DNA of 60,802 nucleotides, counting the filler, from Trichosphaerium sp. ATCC 40318 (Eukaryota; Protista; Tubulinea), in assembly GCA_038496445.1 (NCBI GenBank). It is 4 parts of 4 records of this genome, joined end to end, with 100 filler letters (N's around TTAATTAATTAA, not from the genome) between each part and the next. Parts side by side here need not be neighbours in the genome. Positions count along the whole stretch, not along the records: positions 27,454 to 47,965 come from JALMLS010000272.1; positions 48,066 to 60,802 come from JALMLS010000638.1; 2 more parts are not named here. One strand, written 5' to 3'. The notes under the pieces were generated by a model. It had not been told where the DNA came from and did not search any database. It was given only the letters and a program-made list of their open reading frames with translations. Positions 38,823-52,900 of the stretch are shown here, one piece after another. How positions within the stretch are numbered: the stretch's first letter is position 1; every line of letters begins with the position of its first letter. The position numbers and the translations under genes are program-made.

Positions 38823-40416
38823 TTATGGTATGACAACTGCTAACAGTATTGCAATTATTATCAGAATAGTAACATGGATAGTTTTAAAACTTCCAGAACA
38901 AATGTTTCCAAAAACAGCAATGAGACTTGCACCTAAATGGAGACAACTCAATTCAAGTAAAGTAGAACGGTTTTTTAGTTTGATTGTGTACCTCGGTTCA
39001 CTGCCCGACCTGTAATGCAGTCATCGTTTACACCTTTGAAAACAACATTGACATCAGAAATAGTACAAGTGCTTTTGTATTTCAAGAGGACAGCCTCTAG
39101 TCCTGGTCCAAGTTGGAAGTTGACTTGAAGCGTACCTGCATAAACAATAAGTTAGTACTTGTTTAGCGAGTTTTGCCACATGTGGTTTCAATCTTTAAAA
39201 CCTTAAAAGTGGTACATAAAACAGATATTACCTTTGATGTCAAGGCAGGATTCAAAAACAATAGTTGTATTAAGGTTGAAGACGATAACTGAAGAGTTTG
39301 TAATGACAACAGCGTCTAGAAACCAGTTAATCTCACACTAAACTGTCTCAAATAAAAATAACGTACTTGTCCAAGTTATTTCTCCTTGAGGAAGTGTCAC
39401 TATACTATCTATAATGCCAGAACAATTGAAAACCGTAGAAGCAAGACATTGACAATTGAGATTACCAACAACACACTATGGATTCATTAACATTATTTAA
39501 GGGTGTCTTTGTGTACCGGTAACAAAGCCACACACTGTTGATCGATACATCTAATTATCAAGTTAACATCGCAAAAAATATTCAATTGAAAAAAAAAAAA
39601 GGAGCATACCTTTCACCTTGTGGACAAATTATTCGACTACGTAGACATATTGCGACCCAGTCGTCTAAAGAAAGGCACTGATCGATTGTACAAGGGATAT
39701 CATCATTACAATCATGGATATAAGGCTCCACGCAAACACCTAAGGCAATAGGTAACGTCAAATGGCATGATACAAGAACTGTTCAAACCGTTTTCTATTT
39801 TAGAACCAGATGTGCAACCGTCTCTGTCATTACAACGCCATTCAACGGATAAGTAAGGCCTAGTACTTTCAACAGTATGATCATCACTATTGAAACTACT
39901 AGAGCCTGCTTGCTGCATGATACTCCACCCGAAGTCGTCAGTAAAGTTATTGGCTGGTAATCCTTGGATATAAGCTAGCTTCGCAGTTAGTATTATTCAG
40001 AAAGACTATGGGCTTACAAGTCACATCAGTATGCACAACTTGACTATCTGTATATTTGAGGTCTGCAACGAAAAGACTTATATCCGTAGAAGGGATACCT
40101 ATTCAATGTTGTGATTGAGAGTTTGGTTAACCAAAGAAATAACTGGATTACCATAATTTGTAAATGTGACGTTAAATTCATCCCATCGTTTTGTGGCTTT
40201 GAAAATCTTTGCATCTAGCGCTGTATTACTTGATGTTACTGTAAAATTTGCGTTCATGATTTCTGCATTATCCGGTACAGGTCCACCTTGGGAAACGTCA
40301 AAAGTCAGAGTTTTAGTAGCAAACGCTCACACTATTACCTTGTCTTCCAAATATTTTAGGGAATCGTACAAGCCCAAAATGTGCTGAAGATAACAAAACA
40401 GTATCAAAGTTCCCAT
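38823..40416 (-). pseudogene. Membrane protein with a DNRLRE/CBM-like beta domain and a Dictyostelium CTDC-like Cys repeat, probably disrupted
   Basis: LTFDVSQGGPVPDNAEIMNANF..WDEFNVTF and TRPYLSVEW; DCNDD/IPCTIDQC split by a 2-nt frameshift at ~39700; C-terminal TM VTILIIIAILLAVVIP. Confidence 0.5.
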
Positions 40417-40850
40417 GAACGCCCTTTTTACTGGTAAGAATAATAAATGTTGCTTCTACATCACCAATAACAGATACAACTGTGCTTTGACTAACTAATG
40501 GTCATATTAATTGTAACGTGAAAGTTTATTGCTTTTTTTTAACAAGGCACGTGACTTTATCATAATGAATCGTTGTCAAATTGTTGTAAATCTTAGAACT
40601 GAAAAAGGGTTTGTAGTGAAATCGTGTTTGCTGTTTTTCAAGTTTTTTTTTATGTACCTGATACAACTACTAGTGAAAGGAAAAGCAACACATGTTTTGC
40701 GTTCATTCTGATGTACTTCTACGATAATATGTAATTCGAATATGCTTAACCAATCTGTTGAATTCTATTTTTATCATCAACCAATATTTTTAATGTGGTC
40801 AAGTAAGTACAACAATAACAGCAATTTATAACGTAACGGGGTTCAATTGA

Positions 40851-41470
40851 ATGTCTGTATACAAGATACTAGTTATTGGCAGTATTGGTGTTGGTAAATC
40901 AGCTCTTACAATACAATTAATAAGCGGCAACTTTGTTGATGACTATGACCCTACCCTAGAAGATTCGTAAGCGTTTTAATCAATTAACAACACTTTTAAC
41001 GTACTTTTACGCTTTTCTTGTCTCCTTGGTTCAAACGCGTTATAACGCTTATTTAGGTATCGTAAACGATGCATTGTAGAGGATGAGACTCTTGTATTGG
41101 ATATTCTTGATACAGCCAGAGATGACTTCTCTATATTACGGAACACTTGATAAGTTGACAATCCAATTTTCCCATTATTTTATCAAATAGGTTTGTTGAT
41201 TCATTTTAGGATGAAGGATCTAGATTATGTTCCTTCAGTAATAGTTGGGAATAAAGTAGATTTAGAAGAAGAGAGACAAGTTACTAAAGAAGAAGGAGAA
41301 GAGCTGGGAAAGCAGTATTACTCCATACCTTTTATTGAGACATCAGCTAAAACACGTGAAAATGTTGAAGAAGCTTTTTATCAACTTGTATAAGAGATAA
41401 GGAAGCACCGAGATCCAGTTACATCTAAACCTATTAAACAAATGAGACGTTGCACTATGGTGATGAATAG
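40851..41470 (+). pseudogene. Ras paralog B, pseudogene
   Basis: GSIGVGKS and DTARDD. Exon 3 is deleted relative to the paralogs, and there is a premature TAA at 41391-41393 where the paralogs have CGA. Confidence 0.85.
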
Positions 41471-41700
41471 TGAATACTGGTTTGACAACAATAATTAATT
41501 GGTTTTATCACTGACGGTTGGAACTACAAACCTGAATTTGAGCTTGATAGATTAGTTGTACTCTCATTTGGTTGACAGATAGGGTAGATTCTTCGTCATC
41601 TACACTGACATTTCTAATAATAAAATGCATTGAATTCTATTTTTATCATTCTAATGAAGTCAGTACAAGCAGTTTGTAACATAACGGGGAAGCACCTTGG

Positions 41701-42465
41701 ATGACTGAATATAAGATAGTTGTTATTGGCGATGGTGGTGTTGGTAAATCAGCACTTACAATACAACTTGTTCAAAACCACTTTGTTGATGAATACGACC
41801 CTACCATAGAAGATTCGTAAGCATTTTTAATCAATTAAAAACACTTTTACACAGTTTACTTGACTCTTTGTTCAACGCGTTATAACGCTTATGTAGGTAT
41901 CGCAAACGATGTATTGTAGATGAAGAGACGCTTCTCTTGGATATTCTTGATACAGCAGGAAGAGAAGAGTACAATGTAATGCGTGATCAAGTAAGCACTT
42001 TGTCAGCTACCATGTGTAACTAACTTATTTGTTAACGTACAGTACATGAGAACAGGTGAAGGATTTTTACTTGTTTATGCTATTACAAGCCGCACATCTT
42101 TTGAGGAACTACCAGCTTTCTATGACCAAGTTAGAAGGTACGGAACACTTGGCAAGTTGACAATCCAATTTTCACATTATTTTATCAAAAATGGTTTGTT
42201 GATTCATTTTAGGGTCAAGGATCTAGATACTGTCCCTTCAGTAATAGTTGGGAATAAAGTTGATTTAGAAGAAGACAGACAAGTTACTAAAGAAGAAGGA
42301 GAAGAGCTTGGAAAGCATTACAGCATTCCTTTTTTTGAGACATCAGCTAAAACACGTGAAAATGTTGAAGAAGCTTTTTATCAACTTGTACGAGAGATAA
42401 GGAAGCAACGAGATTCAGGTTTACCAAAACCTTTTAAACGAAAGAGACGTTGCGCTATGATGTAA
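41701..42465 (+). CDS. Ras-family GTPase paralog C (4 exons), natural Q61R
   Basis: [76 protein letters not shown]. Confidence 0.93.
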
Positions 42466-43104
42466 GAAAAACCTAGAGGGTTAAATAGTTCTTCAGGAAG
42501 GTGGACAAAGAGCCACCATTTTTCAAAGCAATATCCAAATGTACAATAAACAAATACTTGTATTTCGGTCTCGTAGTTAATAGGTGCATTTCGTCATGGA
42601 CTTGTATTTGTGACACTTTCTTTTAAATATACAGAAACTTGTGGATGTACGTAGTAGCCTATAATCTGTGTATAAGCGCCCTCACAATCTCCTTGAAAAC
42701 AGCAAAATATTAGGATCGTAAGAACAAGTACCCTACTTAGTATGAAAGATACTGTTTTGTCAGATATTGCCTATAGCCAGTGGAAAACAAGCTTCATTAA
42801 TAGCGTATGGCTTGTGGTTTCTGAGGCTAAATCTTTACACGCCGCATATCTCATTAGGCAGAGAAAACAAGTTGTCACTTCTGTGATTGGACTATTAACA
42901 CGTGCGCTCATTTTACCTTTGGTCAAACGTTTTTGGGTCTAGAGCTTCCGGCTTATTCCATAGTCACGCGCTCTTGACAATAAGACCAATCTTGTCAACG
43001 TACAAGTCCTACTTGAAAAATGCATGCGTCTAAAGAGTAAAAACAAACGAACAGGTGAAAACTTTTTTTAAACTCTTCATATTTATTCTTTTTTTTTTCC
43101 TTTT

Positions 43105-46100
43105 TTACTGGTTACTTTTCGCTTTTAATTGTGCTAATGCTCTCTTAAATTCTCCAACAACACGCTTTAGCTTCGGTTTCATAGTATCAGATGCTTCTGA
43201 AATCCAACGTTCGCATTGACGAAGAATATCATCACCATCAATGAGGAAATGATTTTGGATGACTTCCTCGAATCCTAAAACAAAAAAAAAATGTTAAAGA
43301 ACGCCATTGAATGTGACGTTTCTCTTCTTTTCTTTCGTACCTTCTGGAGGGTTTTTAATACTATCTACCATTGCCCATCGTATTGTATCATATTGGAGTT
43401 GTTCGTTATACTCCTTTGAACGTAAAGAACCTTCTTTTGTGTTTCTCTGTGCTTCATATGAAGGTTCATTAAAGTAAGGCTCTTCGATTAGTATAAGCCC
43501 TTGGATACTCACAAGCACCTGTGATGAAATCGTTAAAACAAGAATCACTAAGAATATAATAAAAGAAGTTGATTACAGGCGCGTATTACAAAGACAGAGA
43601 CAAAAATAAGAGGGAAGTATTTCGAGATAAAAAAATATTTTAAAAGGGATCGTACTTGGTACAGTGTTGATGATACAGAGTTCCATTTAGATGATTTGTC
43701 ACCATGCCATGTACCCAATAATGACAAGCATACTTTACCATCACTATATAGATTTGGATTATAACGAACTGTCCCATTACCAGTGGTCTAAGTTTAGTTA
43801 GTTTGTAGCTCTTTTTGGACAAAACAAAAAAAAAGTTTGACAACAAGGAAGTACGTACAGTTATATTTACAAGGGGTGGGTCGTTAGGATATGTTGGTGG
43901 AAAGAATATATCGAATAGAAAACATCCACATCCATAAGGTGTCCCTTTTGGTCCTGTGATGATCGCCTGTTTGAAAAAAAAAAAGTAAGAAAAAAATCAG
44001 AATTGTTTTTAAAGAAAGTTGGCATACCTTCATAACATCAATTCTCTCGTCGTCCGTTCTTACGAATACAGAAGAACCTCTGTTTATAGGTAAACTACCA
44101 GCAAGCATCTTACATTCCTAAAAGATGATAGTGAGTACACAACAACCAGAAAAAAAAAAATAGAAAAAAAGAAGAAACACGGAATTCTTTTGAAAACCAA
44201 AGTTGAAGACTTGCACGTGTTGTGCTGAAAAAAATATATTATGGATTTCAAGTCGCTAATTTTGTGAACATATTTTAAGTACCTTTGTCAAACGTTCTAT
44301 TTTTTGTTTATTGAACGAATTTTCGGACGATTTAATATTTTTAGCAAATCTATGCCTGTATTCTCCATTATCATCAAACATCTCAACAGAATCGAATACA
44401 AGATCTTGCAAGGTCTCCACATAAGCTTCATCAACCTCTATAAAACAATAAAAATCAGCACAAAGAATAACAGAAAAAGAAAACACGTGGAGCAAGCAAA
44501 AAAAAACCACTAATTGTTTGCCCTCTGTGAGGAGCGTACCGCGGTCTTTTTCTGCCTGGACCTCAGGACTTAATTCTACAAGCATAGGATCCTCAACTTC
44601 ATCAATTTGAGGTACTAAGGCGATAATTAGGAACAACCATCAACAGCAAAATAAATTTGAGTACGTTTGGCTTGTTCTGCTTCAAAGACAGCTAATACAT
44701 CAAAAACGAATTTTCTAAAGTTTCCAATGGCTTCTTTCGTTAGCAGGGAGTGTTTGTTTACAACATATAATGCTAAAAGATCAAAGTCAGTCTTAAAAAA
44801 AAACCAAGTAACTTAAACAATAACTTGGTTAAGTCAGATTTAGATCATAATCAACAATAATGAGCCTACCTTTGTTCATGTACTCATGAGCGTAATCCAT
44901 ATCTTCTGCAAACATATGAACAAATATTTTCTCATGAGCAAAACCCATTGTAATCGCTATGATGCGCTTCAAAAGATCCTACAAAGAAGCCATAGTTTAG
45001 TAAAAGTGACTTAAGATATTACGGTACTTACCTGTGGCTTAAAGTTATATTTTTGAGGGTTATCAACATTAAGATCGTTGAATTTAGGCCCTACTATCTG
45101 CTCATAGAAGCGGGTGAGCATAGAGACTGTTTTGAACGCAGTAAGTTTGTTTGACATAAACTTTGACGCTAGAGTCCTTGTGCTCGATAAATGCTGTAGT
45201 AACTCTAAAATAGCAATTGCAAGTGACATGAATCCCTAGTAGAAAAATTAAGAAACCAAGTAAGCTGTTGCTATCTACGCGAAAAAAAGAATACCTTGAC
45301 AGTCCTTTCTTGTACACCAAAGTACCCCTCACGGCGCTTTTTACTATAAAAATATGAGTTTCGAGTTTAAGCAATAGAAGGCTGTACGTTTCAGCAGGTT
45401 GAGCATTCCACGTAGCAACGTCTTTCATAGCCATTTGAAGCTGTTTAATATCTACTAATCGTCCCAACGCATCATTGAGTAGCATGATAGCATCGTTCAA
45501 TATTGTAGAAAGGAACTGTTGAGCTTCTTCTGACTTGTCATTTAACAGTAACTAATGTTAAAACAACATTAATGGCGGACTTTGTTCCAAATACTCGTGC
45601 ATACCTGAGTTATAATCTTTTTATACATTGGTACGCCCCATAGATCAGTAATGAGCATTGCTATGTTCCTTCTAACAGCGTATTTATCATACTTTTCTTT
45701 ATCAACGTCCAGGCCCTGTTTTTTAGTTAAGTCAATTCTTATACTGTTAAGTTGTATGTGCTTTTTTTTTCAAATTATACCTCTACTACATCTAGGTTGA
45801 TGAATGTATTCATAAGTCCAGGCACAAGATCTTTTTGACATCTTTTGTTGCTTATGAAGAAATTTTTGTACAGAGACTGGAAAGCAGACGTAGGACCCAA
45901 AGATGCTGTTTTGGAAAAAAAAAAGTTAAATATATAAATATCATTTTTATAATCGTTCTAATCTTACGTTGTGTGGAGTTGAATGAAAAAGAGTTTTGTT
46001 GGTACTTTGGACCTGGTGTCTTTCTTTTACTTTGGTATTGTAACTCAGCAAGTAAGGTAGCAAATTTAGCCCTAAGAGTAGTCATAAACTATAAAAAAAA

Positions 46101-47965
46101 GGAACCCAAAAAGTGTATTTTTTTCTTTTCCAGTTTGTTCTTGAACATACCTAACGATAGGGCTCTTTACAATATGTGTTGCATTCATAAATATAACAAT
46201 AAAATCAATAACAAGTCCAAGTCTTAGAGTATTCAGTATAGCCGGTTTTTGACGTGCTACAAACGCAACATATTGCTTGGAATAATTTAGCGTAAACTTG
46301 CTTCGATCGGATTTTGTAAACACGTACAAGTGGTACACGAATAAAGTACTCTGGGAATGCAGAAAATACTGCTTCAGCTTGTCCCTTAGGTTGGTATTCC
46401 TCGTAAGTTTTTACTAAGAAATGCATAGCAGTATAGCAGAAGCTAAAATGTAAGTTAGTTGACCATAGTGGCATAGAAAAAATGAAGGTACTTCAAGCAA
46501 CTGTTAACCAACTCGGGTGCAAGTGCGTGAGTATCCCATGCATCTACTAAAGCAAATAGCTTAGTTAATGCTTTATCAAGAGCCTTTCCATCTTTTGTTT
46601 GATGCCAGTCAGCTCCTTTAAATGTAGTGTAAGATTAAGCAATCGGGATGGAAAAAAAGTTACTAACCATAAAGTTTTTGAAGATTTGCAGCTTTTTGTT
46701 TCGTATTCAATAACGCTGTTAGATGCTTAGAATGACGCTCAACAATAGGCATTATTCTACGATAATATTATTACAAACTATAAGCCGTATAAAGAAAATA
46801 AAGAACTAGAAGGTACCCAACGAATATCATGTGAAACGTCGTAAAGAAAATATCTGTAATAAAGTTGAATGTTCCCATTTTTATCTTTGTATCCACAGCA
46901 ACATCAGGGTATGTTGATGTAAGTAATGTTGTTTGTTTAGTGTAATCTATCAATTGATTATACTAAAGGGGAAGAAATTGTTAGAGCTCAGCACATACAA
47001 AAAAATAACGATTTTTTTTTCTCACTCTGGCGTAGTGTGGATTGATTAATCGGATCTTGTCAGTTGATGGGTACAGAAAGGGCTTGCAAAATAGAAGCAT
47101 GATAGCAGTAAGATTTACTGAAAATGCATCTGATGACGCCATGAGAGATAACTACAGGTTTTTTTAAGAAGACAACACATGCAACAAGTTTTTTTTTCTC
47201 GAAAAAATAATAAACATACCTCGTAGTATAATGGATCATTTGCTGCTAATGTAGTGCGCATTTCATTAAGTTGTGCTGTTTTAGCGAACCACATGAGTAG
47301 TATTTTTCTTGCTTGTACATTAGGAGACTTAAATACGCATAGCTTCTTTAAAATAAAGTGCATCTCTCGCTATGAAAAAAAAAATAAGAACATTAAAAAT
47401 AAATCTTAAAGCTTTTGTGTCATTTACTGCATGCCTGTAAATACTTTTCTGTATTTATCTGATGTTGATGAAGAGCAGCAGTACCGCACTAGGGTAATCC
47501 TGATTTGATCACTATTAAAGTGATTGGTAGGCTATTCATTGAGGACAGTTGCAAGAAAGGTCCAATTATTGAATCATTTTCATTGAACGTGCAGTAGCTT
47601 GTTGTGTTTTCTCAAGCTCCAAACTGAATACTCTTATTAGCATTTTATACGCTCGAAAAAAAAAACAAACATAAAAACACGTGTAAATACACGTGCTACA
47701 TGAGTTTTTGTCTTTTTTTTTTTGAAGATGAATGTAGCGCTCTTACTCACCCTAGCATGCATGCAAATAGCTCCAGTAACGGTGGATAGTTCATAAGCGC
47801 TTTAAGTTTCTTGAAAAGCTCGAAATATCCGCTAAAAAAAACAAAAACCAAAATTAGCAAGTTATAGATAACAGTCAATGGTACGCACTTGAGAATACAT
47901 CACCTTGTTTTCACAACATGTTTCATTGCAACGACGACTTGTGAAACAAGTGGAGAGAAAACTAC
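43105..47965 (-). CDS. Ufd2/UBE4 (E4) core domain fused to a BIRC6/BRUCE-type ubiquitin-conjugating (UBC) domain; 5' end off the contig
   Basis: Ufd2 core motifs [45 protein letters not shown] and [24 protein letters not shown]. These splice in frame via GT-AG introns to [52 protein letters not shown] and EEPYFNEP. Confidence 0.85.
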
Positions 47966-48065
47966 NNNNNNNNNNNNNNNNNNNNNNNNNNNNNNNNNNN
48001 NNNNNNNNNTTAATTAATTAANNNNNNNNNNNNNNNNNNNNNNNNNNNNNNNNNNNNNNNNNNNN
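47966..48065. other. Artificial contig linker
   Basis: N-TTAATTAATTAA-N. Confidence 0.98.
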
Positions 48066-48129
48066 AAAAGCACATGGGCTATGAACGTGGAAATTGAGAA
48101 TCAGATATGCCTCAAAATATTGATTTTAT

Positions 48130-49145
48130 CAGGTCTAAAAAAATATACCAGTTTTTTTGGTATGTGCCACTTTTATACCACTTTTTTATACCAGTTTTTT
48201 ATGGTATATACCAAAAAAAGTGGTATATTTTGACTGAAATATACCAAAAAAAGTGGTATATTAACCAAATATACCAACAATATACCAAAAAAAACAGGTA
48301 TAAAAGCAGAAAATATACCACTTTTATTCACCAGAAAAAAAAAAATATACCACTTTTTTATACCAGTTTTTCATGGTATATACCACTTTTATATACCACT
48401 TTATGCCTACTTATGGTACACCTGCAATTCCAGAAAATACACTTTATTTAATACACAGTTTGTGAGTTACAAGTTTTGGACAATGTCCACTACAGTTACA
48501 TTACTATGGGCATCTGGAAAATTCGTCCATCTCCGTGAGCTTGCTGTACCTACTGTAAAAACATGCTGCGCACCTAATAAAAGTGGTTCCACCTGAATCT
48601 ATCAATTACTAAGGCCTAAGGAGGTTGGTTAATGTATATCAAACGAAAATAAAATAAAACTTTGTCTGGTACCCACGAACGTCTGTATAATACCTGCAAT
48701 ATAGTTTCCTTAATGTTGCTACTGGAAACAGGTCCTGCGGTTCGAATGAGCTTGGTTTGGTTAGATTCTATGATATACTAAGGTCCCCACGCACCGTTCA
48801 ATGTATGACGTCCATGATCGTTCAACAAGAAAACCCATTACCAAAAAGCTCCTTAATGACCTTCTTGAAGCATACCATAAAAGTGGTATATACCAATAAA
48901 AAGGTGGTATATACCACATACCATAAAAAGGTGGTATATACCACTTTATATACCATTTTTAGAAGGTCTCATTATGTGAATGAAAAGTGGTATATACCAC
49001 TTCCATATACCTCTTTTTTATTCACTTAATTTCTAAAAAAAGTGGTATTTCAAAATGGTATATACCAGTCCATATACCATTTTGTTGAAAAAAGTGGTAT
49101 ATACCATAAAAAAACTGGTATATACCACTTTAATTTTTAGACCTG
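48130..49145. mobile_element. Non-autonomous DNA transposon (MITE-like), copy 1
   Basis: 12-bp TIR CAGGTCTAAAAA/TTTTTAGACCTG and dense subterminal GGTATATACC motifs; near-identical to 53870-54929. Confidence 0.88.
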
Positions 49146-49172
49146 TTAATGAAATTCTCTCTTGAACCAATA

Positions 49173-49496
49173 CAGGTCTGAAAATTATCATGGTATAATA
49201 CCATATTTTATGGTACAAGCTCAGTATAATCCATAATTATACCATATAATTATACCATAAAATATGGTATAATACCATGTTTTTTGGACAAATGGTATAA
49301 CAGCCATTATACCATGTTTATACCATATCTCAATTTATAGAATATAATTATACCGTAAAACATGGTACTATACCATGGTATTATACTGCATTTTAAAGTA
49401 TATTATACCATGCATTATACCATATAATTATACCATAAAACACAGTATTATACCATGGTATTATACTGTATTTTACAGTATTGTATACCGTGCATT
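49173..49496. mobile_element. Left arm of a related CAGG-ended element
   Basis: Starts CAGGTCTGAAAATT, followed by ATGGTATAA/TTATACCAT subterminal repeats; no matching right end seen. Confidence 0.55.
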
Positions 49497-49759
49497 CAGG
49501 GCTGAAACTAAATGAGGCTTTTACAACAAATGCCAAAAAAATGCCATCAAATAGAGCCTTGTTTTAGCCTTATATGCCTTAAATCGGCTTCTTAAAAAAT
49601 GGCAATAATGACATGTAGCCTTATTTTTCAGGCATTGTGGCCTTTTTTTTTGTCCAAATTGCCTGTTATTGGTTCACTAAAATGCCGGGTTTTTGCTTGC
49701 TTGTTTAAACCACCATGGCAATATTTTTTAGGCAAAATTTAGATCTGCTGGCTACATAA

Positions 49760-49890
49760 ATGCCTTCAAAAAACGGGCACAACAACTGTCCGTATGCCTT
49801 CAAAAAACAGGCACAGCAGCCGTCTGTATGCCTCCAAAAAACAGGCACAACAACTGCCTGTATGCCTTCAAAAAACAGGCACAACAACTT
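49760..49890. repeat. 34-bp tandem repeat (~4 copies) within a third CAGG-starting element (CAGGGCTGAAA at 49497)
   Basis: ATGCCTTCAAAAAACAGGCACAACAACTG... at 49760, 49794, 49828 and 49862. Confidence 0.8.
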
Positions 49891-49959
49891 ACAAAAGCCA
49901 AACGACATTCAAAACACAGGTATATTAATTTATTTAAGCTACTACAGCACCACTATATT

Positions 49960-52900
49960 TAACGTGTAAACTCTAAAAATCCTTGGGCTTCCAATACACT
50001 AAGTGCTTCAATGGACATCTTATCAAGTTGTGCGTAAACTACAAAAAAATAAATGAATATCATAATCTAAACCACTTACATTCAATATAATGCATTCCCA
50101 ATGAAGCATTGTTTGCCAACATCATTTTTTTGAAAAAAGCTCGAAGAGCTGATGTACTTATTTCTTTTTTTTTATTTGTGGTAATGTGAGTGGATATATT
50201 GAAGTGACGATTCTATTGTAAATGTGAGTATTGTGATTTACAATTAAAAAACCATACTTGTTTAGAATTTATCAATGCAGTACTAATATAACGTCCCATA
50301 ATCTCACCACTTTGTTTAACATTTCCACTAAAGCGCTCAACTGTCACTATTCGTACAGAGAGATCAGCAACTCCCAATACAAGTCTACGATATTCCACTA
50401 TTGATGCTGAAAAGTGAAGTATTTGTTCAACATCACAATAAGGACCTACATAGTTTAATTGTTTGATAAAAATGATTGAGTGCTTACAAAACACGTAAAT
50501 AGCTTCATCTTTTATAGCAACCATAGAAAACCACGAACTAGATAACTTTACTAAACAAACACAAAGAGTTAGCGTACATATTGCCCACGCAATCATGAAT
50601 AAGATCAGCAGGGTCGGCAATGCGTTGGTCTCCATCAGTTAAAAATGGCACTAAAGCAAATATAAATGTCGTTGTGTAGTCGTCTGTCTGTTATAATGGT
50701 TTATAAACAACAAAACAAATTCTCAAACGTACCAAAGGTTCAATGGCCGAGAGTGCACAATCCAAGCCAATGATTTTATTAGCAAACACCGGAGCTTTAG
50801 CCCTTGTTGTATATAAATTTCTACACTTTGAAAATTTACATACCTTGCGTTCAAGCAATCAATGTAACTCTTCAGTTGATGTGCATTCGGAGCGCCATTT
50901 GAAGAGTACAACCAAACAAAATCACCAAAACTAAAATCTAAACCATAAAATGACACTTTGTCATGGAAAAACAGCTTTTTCTTTGCTGTTATAAGACTTA
51001 GTACAATTAAAAATGTTGTCAACAAAAAACCAAACCATACTCAGTTGACTTGCATCAAAGACACTATCAAAATCAATGGATTCAATATTGTCACTTGAGA
51101 TATCATCTATTCGTCCATCGCTCGGAGCTGAGCCAATAGGTGAACGTGTCGGCTGACTTGCTATGGGACGTTAATTATTTTCCAATAACATAAAATAAAA
51201 ACAAATAACTCACTGTGGTTCCTCCTAATATTAGCCATGAGACTGTCGTATCTATTTACTTGTGAGTTTATATTCACGCGGTTAATATAATTCTCACTAA
51301 AGAAAAAAATATTAGAGCAAAGCCATGTGTCTTGAAAAGTACATGTAAGAGTGAGCGTTTGTTCGTATAAACCTTTTGGTTACTACATGTCTGTAATCTT
51401 TATGTTCAATGTCTATTTGGAGAGGTGAATATGATTTCCAGAGTTTCGTAAGCTAACAATGTATTAAAAATTGTAGGTATACAATAAAAGTCCTTGTTTT
51501 CAAAATTCCGCACAAATTTTCTAAACATAGCTCTTGTGTTGTCCGTGACTTCAAATGTAAATTTTATATTCAAAAAACCATCTTTAATAGCAGAGTCAAA
51601 AATTTCCCCTAAAAAATAATAAAAAAACAATCTTTAATGTCGTTTATACGCACAAACTCCTTCGTAAGTTATGTGAGGCAAAGCGGCTCTGGTTTTGTGT
51701 AAAAATAATGTGATTGCTGATTTACACATCCGGAGTACTGTTTTATAGCGAGCAAGAATTCTGGGCCTCACATGCTCAAAACCAATATTTGAATGCTCAC
51801 TTTCATTCCACTGCGGCACCATTTCCTTATTCAAACATCTTGCTTTATCCACTGAACCTGTAACTCCGTTACGTAGCAAAAGAGGCACACCGCGGCTATG
51901 TGCAAAAGCCTATTTCAAAATTATTATTGTCACTTGCAGTATTTAATGTTATCAACGTACTAACGCTACAGGTGGTATCCACACCAGTGGTAAAATGAAA
52001 ACGGGATTTTGGATATAAATCCCACTAAATTCCTTTGTTTTAGGGATTTTTAAGGTAATTTGTGAAGAATTCTTATTTTTATTTTTTTTTATGGCAGGAT
52101 TTTTGATAGAATTACCATAATATTCCCTTAAATACGGAATTTGCAGAATTATTGTACAAAATCCACCAAATAATGTACTAATTTAGTTAGGGTTAGGGTT
52201 AGGGCTAGGGTTGAGGTTTATGAAAGTACAAATTAAGTTAGGGTTAGAGTTAGTTTTATATTTGCAAAAAACCATCAACACCTTAGGTACATAGGTTTTT
52301 CTAGCAAACAATATCCACATGCTATTATTAAAGGTGAAAAAAACAATGGTACAGGTTAAAGTGCGTTAATCCAAAAAGTAACGGAGAACGCGTTTTAGGT
52401 GGTTTGGAAAATCACTTAAACATAAATATCTCTTACTTATCTGTTTTAGGATGATTAAAGCATTGCAACAGCCTTATTACACCATTAAAGAATGTATTTA
52501 AAGCATTAACTCCAAGTACGTTGTTTTTAAAGCTTATTTCCACTTAATTTATCAAAAAACCCTACACGTTCTTAATTTAGCATTTACAAACGCATTAATT
52601 ATTGTTCAGGCTCTCAAAACCAAATGCAATCAAATTACTTCTTTCGTTTATGAAGACACAATGTATTTAACTTGTACGTGTTATTTAGGATGTTTGTATT
52701 TGTAATGATCAATAAATAAAATGACTTTGCGTTAAATCTGAACCAAAGTATCGAATAATATTTTGTGTAATTTATAAAGTATTTTTTATTGAAATCTACA
52801 AAAAATACATTAAGAAATGCTATAAAGAATACATAGAGAATTCTATATAAAATACATATGCAATTCCAAAAGTAATACTCTAAGAATTCTATGGGTAATA

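Noticed and set aside
48107-49218. ORFs within the CAGG elements (and their copies at 53841-54813)
   Set aside because: Low-complexity translations of TATACC subterminal repeats
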